From assembly GCA_002410925.1 (NCBI GenBank), contig DHPR01000036.1, forward strand, positions 1 through 40,512: a DNA stretch of 40,512 nucleotides. The letters are read 5' to 3'. Below the pieces are notes generated by a model, which saw nothing but the letters and a program-made list of their open reading frames with translations, was not told the DNA's origin and made no database searches. Below, piece by piece: positions 29,352-36,336 of this stretch (within the stretch, counting starts at the first letter, position 1; every line of letters begins with the position of its first letter). The DNA is from a bacterium UBP13_UBA5359 (lineage in GTDB: Bacteria > UBP13 > UBA5359). The position numbers were made by a program, and so were the translations under genes.

Positions 29352-29666
29352 TCAGCTCCCGCTCTGCTGAATAAAGTTGGCTCTCAGATCGTTTATCGCT
29401 CCCTCAAATGCTCGGCGTTCTTCATCCGCCATAACCGGCTTAAGCTGCTCGAAGATAAAGGCTACCGTATCGATAGCAATCTTGGCCTGCGTAAGATCCT
29501 TGATCGCGTTACCGGTTTGAGGATCTACTATCAAACCCAGCTTCTGCCAGGCCATGGCATTCAACATACCGGCTGTCCAGCGCAGATAGTCAAAAATATC
29601 AGCAGGTAATCCCATCTCCTCTCCAGCCTCTTCGTTTATATGATTATTCTTTTGCTTCTCGGTCAT
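29352..29666 (-). CDS. DUF1844-domain protein
   Basis: AWQKLGLIVDPQTG...DLTQAKIAID...LRANF; start at ATG after GGAGGAG. Confidence 0.8.
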   Translation of the reverse strand: MTEKQKNNHINEEAGEEMGLPADIFDYLRWTAGMLNAMAWQKLGLIVDPQTGNAIKDLTQAKIAIDTVAFIFEQLKPVMADEERRAFEGAINDLRANFIQQSGS

Positions 29667-29709
29667 AGCCTCTCCTCCATTTGTTATAAACAATTTATTT
29701 ATAGCTCAT

Positions 29710-29738
29710 ATTTTAGCGCCTGAAGAGAATAGTAGCAA
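29710..29738 (-). promoter_or_regulatory. Sigma70-type promoter for DUF1844-tsaC-pseudopilin
   Basis: TTGCTA-17 nt-TAAAAT. Confidence 0.55.
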
Positions 29739-29780
29739 ATTGCTGACTCGTTTATAAGCTTATTAAAATAACTATGCATA

Positions 29781-29810
29781 CAAAAGGGGCCGCAAATGCA
29801 GCCCCTTTTG
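29781..29810 (-). terminator. Rho-independent terminator (bidirectional shape)
   Basis: CAAAAGGGGCTGC-attt-GCGGCCCCTTTTG, 35 nt after the stop of the LRR protein gene. Confidence 0.88.
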
Positions 29811-29845
29811 AGCTTCACAATCTATTCCTAATCGCTCTTGCCGGC

Positions 29846-32545
29846 TTACGGTGCCGGTATGAGAATGAATATGCCTGAGGGAGAGGAAACGGCGGAGACA
29901 TTCAGTGCTGTCGGGTCGATATCGCCGCCGTACCAGGCTCCCGGCTCCCCGTCACCCGACTCGAAGAAACCGTCGTTATCAATATCCACAAAGGCTCCCA
30001 CATAGTAGTTGCCATCCGGTAAATCCCTGAGATCAAACTCACCGGACGCCGGTGGATCTACTATGCCGTTGACCGGTAATCCCGGATTCTGAGCATTGAA
30101 ACCTTCTACTCTAAAAGCAGCTACCCTGGTATACCCTCTTATGCCGCTCAGGTCTGTAATTGTTCCGCTGATGCTCCCCAGCCCGGTATCAACTGCAACT
30201 CCCCGGCTGCGTAATGTATTAACCGCTATCCTTGCAGGGGTATCCACTCCATTGAAATCGAGAGGATTGCCCTTGAGATACAAGCTGTCACCGCTTGCCA
30301 AACCGGGATTGGCTATCAACGGACTGATATCGGTAACGCTATTGTTTTCCAGACTCAATGTTTTGATCGCAGACAGATTTTGCAGAGCACTGATATCTAC
30401 AATCATATTATCACCGAGATCAAGCGTTCCAATGCCTGACAGGCCTTGAAGCTGGGTGATATCTGTTATGCTGTTAGAGTAAATGATCAGCCGGCTCAAC
30501 CCCGTGCAATACTGTATCCCTTCAAGATTTGTTATGCCTCTATTATACGCCTGCAACTCTCCGCTCATATTCTGAAGATCGGCAATGGTCAGTTCATGCT
30601 CCGCGGGCAATCCCTGTTTTGCCAGGATAGCCGATCTCAAAGCATTATCGGGCACCAGTTGAACCGGTGAAGGAGCTGCCTCACTGACCTGGAAAGAGAA
30701 AGGCTGGCTCGTTGTACAGAGTTGACGACTATCTACGGCACGCACATAGATACTGTGCAAGCCCTCCGATAAAGCGCTCACACTGTAATTACCCTCAAGT
30801 AGATAGCTCCCATCGCCCTGAAGGCTTACAGATAATCCTGTCCAGCTGGAATTGCTTGCAAGAGGATTATCCGCAATAGCGTACCCTGCCGCAATCTGCG
30901 CTGTGTCAAAAGCAAGTGCCCTGGCTCTTACAGTTACGGTCTGACTGCCGGCTGTCGGATTAGGAGTTACCGATTGTATTGTAACCTCCGGGTATTTTGC
31001 TTGACTGACAGCGGCAACTGTGAAGGAGCGAGTGACCGTTTCACCTATATTGCCTGCTTCATCGATAGCTCTTATCTTGAAAACATGTGTGCCATCGGCC
31101 AAATTTATATAACTTGCCGATCTGTCGGCTGCATAATTGTCCGGCAGATTGCTATCCAAACTGAAAGCAAAGCGTAGCCTGTCAGGAGGGGTAACAGCAT
31201 CTTCACCCTGCCAGGTAAAGGTAACGTTACTGTAATCAATAACCGAATTGTGAGAAGGCCCTGCCGTTATAGTAACAAGAGGCAGAGTTCCATCAGGGCA
31301 AACGCTGTTACTGCAAACGCACAGCCGGCTCTCAACTCCATTTTTGATATAGGAAACACCGTATTCATATACATTTCCATTGTTCACTGAATAATCACTG
31401 TAAGAATTTATGTTGCCTTCAACCTGTTGCAACCGTTCAAAGCCCTGCTTATCTGTTGAAGCCCTACCGGCTGAATAACTCTCTTGTTGCCCTTTAATTC
31501 GAGCCGGAGAATTACCGCTCGCTCTTAAAACCATACCGCCTTCCCTCTCTTTGATAATGCCGGCGCTGGCGGCCGTAACAACTTTACGATATATGACGTA
31601 GGCATTTGGATTTTGTGACGATAATGTCCAGCTGAGATGAACAACACCATTGCCGGGAACAGCACTGATGACTAATTCCTCTGCCGGCACAGCCTTGCCA
31701 CCGCCGCCATTACCAGATAAAGCTGCCACTCCCAGAATTGCCAATGCACCGATAATCCATCCGGATTTCTTCGATTTATTCTTTACAACGGATACATCAC
31801 CTGTCTGAATCAGAACGGCATCTCCCTGCTGAGGAGAAGAAAATGAGATCTCCCGTTCAGCTGTTATATCCTGCTTGCCGACACTTTTAATCTTCATTAT
31901 GCCGGTGATATGAGCACCATTAAAGGAGGCTACCTTTATCCCTTCCTTTAGCGAAGATTGCAGACTCAATTTGTAATTTCCACCTTGGCAAGCCTCCACC
32001 TTACCACTACTTATCAGGCCTTTGCCAAGCTCGGAAAGCGCTGCTCGAACGGCCCTATCCAAGGCATCATCGATCTGCCCGTTAATTGAAGATGAGCCAC
32101 CGGGACGCGCCTTGCACCTGCCGGCACTGAAGGAAGCAGCCTTTATATTGCCGCTTTTGACATCCAGAGCAAAAAGGGCTACTTCCAGGGTGACCGTCTT
32201 GGATGCATCCTTGCTGCAGCGCAGTATCTCTGCAAGGATCAAACTATCTGCGCCGGCTTTCCTAGCTTCAAAGAGCGCTTTTTCACTGCTGTCACGCAGC
32301 CTTATAATATTATCCGGCGCATGCACGACAGCATAATTCCGTACCAGAGCCAATGCGGTTTTCTCTGTCAGATTCGGCTGACTGCCGCTATAATCAACCG
32401 GCAGGGCTATAGCCGTCTTGCCTTCAGCGAATAAAGCTGCCGAATTGCCTGCAGCAGCGTACGACAGCAATGGGTGCATACTTGATTGCAGACATACAAA
32501 GAGAGCCAATATCATGTATACCTCTCTCAATCTTCTGAAAACCAT
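29846..32545 (-). CDS. Large secreted/surface protein with FN3/Ig-like domains and internalin-like leucine-rich repeats
   Basis: Signal peptide; internal KKSGWIIGALAILGVAALSG hydrophobic segment; FN3-like (VHLSW...YVIYR...YEYGV); Ig-like (LADGTHVFKIRAIDEAGN, GLHSIYVRAVD); LRRs (ITNLEGIQYCTGL, LDLGDNMIVDISAL, LSLENNSVTDISPL); C-terminal DIDNDG. Confidence 0.8.
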   Translation of the reverse strand: MVFRRLREVYMILALFVCLQSSMHPLLSYAAAGNSAALFAEGKTAIALPVDYSGSQPNLTEKTALALVRNYAVVHAPDNIIRLRDSSEKALFEARKAGADSLILAEILRCSKDASKTVTLEVALFALDVKSGNIKAASFSAGRCKARPGGSSSINGQIDDALDRAVRAALSELGKGLISSGKVEACQGGNYKLSLQSSLKEGIKVASFNGAHITGIMKIKSVGKQDITAEREISFSSPQQGDAVLIQTGDVSVVKNKSKKSGWIIGALAILGVAALSGNGGGGKAVPAEELVISAVPGNGVVHLSWTLSSQNPNAYVIYRKVVTAASAGIIKEREGGMVLRASGNSPARIKGQQESYSAGRASTDKQGFERLQQVEGNINSYSDYSVNNGNVYEYGVSYIKNGVESRLCVCSNSVCPDGTLPLVTITAGPSHNSVIDYSNVTFTWQGEDAVTPPDRLRFAFSLDSNLPDNYAADRSASYINLADGTHVFKIRAIDEAGNIGETVTRSFTVAAVSQAKYPEVTIQSVTPNPTAGSQTVTVRARALAFDTAQIAAGYAIADNPLASNSSWTGLSVSLQGDGSYLLEGNYSVSALSEGLHSIYVRAVDSRQLCTTSQPFSFQVSEAAPSPVQLVPDNALRSAILAKQGLPAEHELTIADLQNMSGELQAYNRGITNLEGIQYCTGLSRLIIYSNSITDITQLQGLSGIGTLDLGDNMIVDISALQNLSAIKTLSLENNSVTDISPLIANPGLASGDSLYLKGNPLDFNGVDTPARIAVNTLRSRGVAVDTGLGSISGTITDLSGIRGYTRVAAFRVEGFNAQNPGLPVNGIVDPPASGEFDLRDLPDGNYYVGAFVDIDNDGFFESGDGEPGAWYGGDIDPTALNVSAVSSPSGIFILIPAP

Positions 32546-32607
32546 AACCCATACCTCCCATCAGTCTTTAAAAGCATGTATAACCGCTTTTGTGGCAGAT
32601 ACGGGCG

Positions 32608-32622
32608 GCAAAATATATGCCA
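32608..32622 (-). promoter_or_regulatory. Candidate sigma54 (-24/-12) promoter
   Basis: TGGCAT-atatt-TTGC, exact GG-N10-GC spacing, about 60 nt upstream of the start at 32545. Confidence 0.5.
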
Positions 32623-32641
32623 AAGTAATGCCTGAGAGACG

Positions 32642-32756
32642 GGAGGGTTGGGGTGGGTTGTTCAGTATTTAAGTGCGTTTGAAGGTTTAGGAGCCAGGAG
32701 CCAGGAGTCAGGAGGGTTGGGGGCGGTTGTTCAGTGTTTAAGTCCGTTTGAAGGTT
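32642..32756. repeat. Two 46-bp direct repeats separated by heptamer tandem repeats
   Basis: 32642-32687 and 32711-32756 match at 42/46; the spacer contains AGGAGCC AGGAGCC AGGAGTC. Confidence 0.9.
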
Positions 32757-32787
32757 GGGATTTAAGCCGGTTATTAAGCCGGACTCC

Positions 32788-32821
32788 AGCGTGTCCGGAA
32801 AGATATCTTTCCGGACACGCT
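32788..32821. repeat. Perfect 34-bp palindrome (hairpin, possible terminator)
   Basis: AGCGTGTCCGGAAAGAT|ATCTTTCCGGACACGCT, 23 nt after the corrinoid gene stop; no U-tract. Confidence 0.9.
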
Positions 32822-32844
32822 ATCCTCCATATTATCTGAGAAAA

Positions 32845-33486
32845 TTATACTCCCAGCAGTTCCTTAGCCTTGTCAACAGCAGAGGCTGCATCGGGGGAAT
32901 AACCATCGGCGCCGATCTCATCGGCATAATTCTGCGTAACAGGCGCACCGCCGATCATTACCTTGACCTTGTCGCGCAGGCCGGCAGCTTCCAGAGCTTT
33001 GATAGTATCGACCATGGAGGGCATAGTGGTCGTCAACAGAGCCGACATAGCTATCACATCTACATTTCCATCCTTGGCTGCCTCGACAAACTTATCGGCT
33101 GTTACATCGATGCCTAAATCGTTGATTTCAAACCCTGCGCCTTCCAGCATCATAGCTACCAGATTCTTGCCAATATCGTGTAAATCTCCCTTTACAGTAC
33201 CGATAGCAACTCTGCCGGTCGGCTCCATACCGCTATCGGCTAACAAGGGTTTGACGATATCCAAACCAGCATGCATGGCTCTGGCTGCAATCAACACTTC
33301 GGGTACATAGTATTCGTTGTTCTTGAATTTGGCGCCTACTACATTCATGCCGGGGATGAGCCCCTGCTGAATAATATCCCTGGGGCTGCTTCCCTCACTC
33401 AGAGCTTTCTCGACAAGTTCCTTGACCTTGGCGGCGTTACCCACCAGCAGAGCTTCGCTTATTTCGTTGAGAACAGACAACTCCAT
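32845..33486 (-). CDS. Methyltransferase-cognate corrinoid (B12-binding) protein
   Basis: Cap domain (GMNVVG...YVPEV..AARAM) plus GTVKGDLHDIGKN (DxHxxG), SALLTTT, IGGAP. Confidence 0.93.
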   Translation of the reverse strand: MELSVLNEISEALLVGNAAKVKELVEKALSEGSSPRDIIQQGLIPGMNVVGAKFKNNEYYVPEVLIAARAMHAGLDIVKPLLADSGMEPTGRVAIGTVKGDLHDIGKNLVAMMLEGAGFEINDLGIDVTADKFVEAAKDGNVDVIAMSALLTTTMPSMVDTIKALEAAGLRDKVKVMIGGAPVTQNYADEIGADGYSPDAASAVDKAKELLGV

Positions 33487-33524
33487 CCCTCCCTAACCGG
33501 CTATTTAGCCTTTATACCTTACTT

Positions 33525-33553
33525 ATTAAAACATCTGCTCTATGCATCGTCAA
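33525..33553 (-). promoter_or_regulatory. Sigma70-type promoter for the corrinoid gene
   Basis: TTGACG-17 nt-TTTAAT with TGn. Confidence 0.45.
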
Positions 33554-33650
33554 TCACTATAGCAGATAAAACCGGTACTTTGCCATGCCTTTTTTGCTCT
33601 GCAAGGTAATATCTTGCGAACAAGCAGAATTCAGACCCTCTTCCGGACTG

Positions 33651-33680
33651 TTGACATTCTCTTCCCATAAGGAATATCAT
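33651..33680 (+). promoter_or_regulatory. Sigma70-type promoter for cysK
   Basis: TTGACA-18 nt-TATCAT. Confidence 0.55.
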
Positions 33681-33708
33681 ATCCTCAGCAATCTTTTGGA
33701 GGATGAAT

Positions 33709-34629
33709 ATGAATATTGCTTCTGATGTTACGGCGTTGATCGGAAAAACGCCGCTGTTGCATCTTAATCATATCTCCCAAGGCTGCTGCGGTACCATAGC
33801 AGCCAAAGTCGAGGCCGCTAATCCCGGCGGCAGCGTCAAGGACCGGGTAGCACTGGCTATGATAGAGGATGCCGAATGCAAAGGACTTCTCCATCCGGGA
33901 TCCCTGCTGGTAGAGCCTACCAGCGGCAACACCGGTATAGGCCTGGCCATGGTCTGCGCTGCCAGGGGTTACAGGCTCATCCTGACCATGCCGGACAGCA
34001 TGAGCATTGAGCGCCGCAAGCTGTTGCAAGCCTACGGCGCTGAGATCGTTCTGACACCCGGAGCAGAAGGCATGCGCGGTGCTCTGGATAGGGCCATGGC
34101 CATTGTCAGAAAAGAGGGAGCCTATATGCCGCAGCAGTTCGCCAATCCGGCTAATCCTGAAGCACACCGCCGTACCACCGCTGAGGAGATATGGAAAGAT
34201 ACCGATGGTAAAATCGATATCTTTATAGCCGGGGTGGGTACAGGCGGTACTATTACCGGCGCGGGCGGCAGGCTTAAAGAGATGAAGCCTTCTATCCGGG
34301 TAATTGCAGTAGAGCCGGCGGCCTCTCCCTTGCTAAGCTGCGGATATTCGGGTAAACATAAAATTCAGGGTATAGGTGCTAATTTCATTCCTCAGGTGCT
34401 CAACAGAGAGGTTATAGATGAGGTCATAACCGTGGAGGATGAGGCTGCCATGGAAACAGCCAGGCGTATGCCCCGTGAGGAGGGCTTGCTGGTGGGCATC
34501 TCCTCGGGTGCCGCAATATGGGCTGCTCTACAGCTCTGTAAGCGCCCGGGCAGCAGCAAAGATACGCTGGCCGTAGTCCTGTTGCCGGATGGAGGAGAGC
34601 GCTATCTCAGCACCGATCTCTTTACATGA
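33709..34629 (+). CDS. cysK: Cysteine synthase A
   Basis: NPGGSVKDR (PLP lysine), [36 protein letters not shown]; start at the ATG 6 nt after GGAGG. Confidence 0.96.
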   Translation: MNIASDVTALIGKTPLLHLNHISQGCCGTIAAKVEAANPGGSVKDRVALAMIEDAECKGLLHPGSLLVEPTSGNTGIGLAMVCAARGYRLILTMPDSMSIERRKLLQAYGAEIVLTPGAEGMRGALDRAMAIVRKEGAYMPQQFANPANPEAHRRTTAEEIWKDTDGKIDIFIAGVGTGGTITGAGGRLKEMKPSIRVIAVEPAASPLLSCGYSGKHKIQGIGANFIPQVLNREVIDEVITVEDEAAMETARRMPREEGLLVGISSGAAIWAALQLCKRPGSSKDTLAVVLLPDGGERYLSTDLFT

Positions 34630-34665
34630 TACTCGCTTCAAACAATAGCCGATGAGGCCGGGAGG

Positions 34666-35946
34666 TTATTCTGGCCTCACCCTGATATCCGCTAGTTTAT
34701 TCTCATCCTTAGCCTTCTCTACCATTAACGGCGTGATCACTTCGCCTTCACGAATGATAATCGCACCCTTCTTATCGCGAAGTTCGGTATCGGAAATTCT
34801 GCCTACCAAAAAACGCCGTTGTGAGGCGGCAGCGCTGGCATGCTCACCCCTCTCGCGATAAGTGGTAATGCTGCCTCGCACCGCTTCCCACCATGATCCG
34901 GCCCCGGAGATGCCGGCAGCAACCATTAAATCGCCGACGACACCAGCCTGCCGCGCCCGCTGTAGAGAATCGTACTCTATTCTGTTGCCCTCACTGATTA
35001 TTATATTGCCTTCCTTGTCGCTGACATCCTGCCCGGCAATATTACCTATCAACAATTCCTCTTCAGCACGGCCGATTTGATCCGTAGCCGTTCTATTCAG
35101 CGCCTCATATTCTTCCTCAAAGCCGGAAACGCCGGCTGCCATAGCCAGCTGATGGACTTTGCCGTACCGTCTGGCTCTGGCAATGGCCTCATCATCCACC
35201 TGCTGATCTTTGCTTGCGATGGCCGTACCGTCATCGGCCGCAACGTCGTAAGCGACATTGCTGCCTCTGGCTCTTTCGATCTCCCGAGCCTCTATACGCT
35301 CTCTGGTTTTGGATACCACCGTTTCAACGCGTTCTCTGATTTCACCAAACTGCTGTTGTATGCGTCCTTTGCCCTCCTCAGCTAACCGTCCGGCACTTTC
35401 TTTGGTACGTTCATAGGCTCCTGCCAGCCCCCCAATGCTCTCTTCCATGCGTTGCTCGGTTTCATCAGGGACTATAATAGCATCCGGGCCAGCGGTAAAA
35501 TCATCCGTCATCGGCACTACAGATCGGCCACGGCTGATATCCCTGGCTACTCCTCCGCTGATCTCATAGCCGCTGATAATTCCGCTATCGGTCTCTACCA
35601 TAATATCAGAAACTGTACCAAGCTCTTTGCCGCTTCTGGTCAAGATCTTCTTGCCGTATACCGTATGGCCTTCGTCCAGTATCTTTCTGATCTTCGGTTC
35701 TCTCTTTTCATCATGCAGCACAGCATGAGTTTTATCTTCTACCATCACTGCATCAGGACCTATGCTCTTGATCTCATCCATAGGCAGAATCTTGTGCCCG
35801 GGACCAAAAAGGCCTCCTGTATCCACTGTAAAGCCTTCTACCTTTCTGCTATCTATATCCACCACTATATCCTTAATGCTGCCCAGCTTCTGCCCCTCGG
35901 AAGCATCGTAAACGGGTAATCCCGTTATTTCTTTACCATGCATCAT
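34666..35946 (-). CDS. Multi-PRC-barrel domain protein
   Basis: Two N-terminal PRC barrels (GQKLGSIKDIVVD, GKELGTVSDIMVE), coiled linker, three repeated D..G.II...G C-terminal units. Confidence 0.85.
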   Translation of the reverse strand: MMHGKEITGLPVYDASEGQKLGSIKDIVVDIDSRKVEGFTVDTGGLFGPGHKILPMDEIKSIGPDAVMVEDKTHAVLHDEKREPKIRKILDEGHTVYGKKILTRSGKELGTVSDIMVETDSGIISGYEISGGVARDISRGRSVVPMTDDFTAGPDAIIVPDETEQRMEESIGGLAGAYERTKESAGRLAEEGKGRIQQQFGEIRERVETVVSKTRERIEAREIERARGSNVAYDVAADDGTAIASKDQQVDDEAIARARRYGKVHQLAMAAGVSGFEEEYEALNRTATDQIGRAEEELLIGNIAGQDVSDKEGNIIISEGNRIEYDSLQRARQAGVVGDLMVAAGISGAGSWWEAVRGSITTYRERGEHASAAASQRRFLVGRISDTELRDKKGAIIIREGEVITPLMVEKAKDENKLADIRVRPE

Positions 35947-35977
35947 AAATATCCCTCCCGCGATTTAAGTCCGGCAC

Positions 35978-36250
35978 CTAGCCGCCTATGACATGAGATC
36001 TTCTTCTTCCAAGAAAGAGCATTTCCCAGATCAGAGCCAGCAACAGACCCCCGATAAATGCCGGTATCAAAAACACGCCGTAACGCTCCGGTCCAAAGGG
36101 CACCAGCCTGAAACCGGCAATTGCTCCTGCAACACCGACAATAAGCGTTCCAAGAGTTTCCAGAGCACTGGCACTACGCATTATCAGATGGGCCAGAATT
36201 CCCATAATCAGCCCTATGGCACCTCCGATAATCCATGAATAATTCGGCAT
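35978..36250 (-). CDS. GlsB/YeaQ/YmgE-family (transglycosylase-associated) membrane protein
   Basis: 90 aa, three Gly-rich TMs: WIIGGAIGLIMGILAHLIM, TLIVGVAGAIAG, AFIGGLLL. Confidence 0.75.
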   Translation of the reverse strand: MPNYSWIIGGAIGLIMGILAHLIMRSASALETLGTLIVGVAGAIAGFRLVPFGPERYGVFLIPAFIGGLLLALIWEMLFLGRRRSHVIGG

Positions 36251-36286
36251 CCTGCATCACCGCCTTTTATTGTTATCCAAATGTTA

Positions 36287-36312
36287 ATACCCTGAAGGCA
36301 ATGGGATAAAAC
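36287..36312 (-). promoter_or_regulatory. SigmaB/SigF-type general stress promoter
   Basis: GTTTTA-14 nt-GGGTAT, 36 nt upstream of the GlsB-family start. Confidence 0.7.
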
Positions 36313-36336
36313 ACATGATGAAGGGTATATACTTTT

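Noticed and set aside
32642-32756. CRISPR array
   Set aside because: Only two 46-bp imperfect repeats; the 23-nt spacer is itself a heptamer repeat; no cas genes in the window.
33487-33702. Cobalamin or S-box/T-box riboswitch upstream of the corrinoid gene or cysK
   Set aside because: Only short hairpins; conserved riboswitch cores not seen, and candidate promoters lie too close to the starts.
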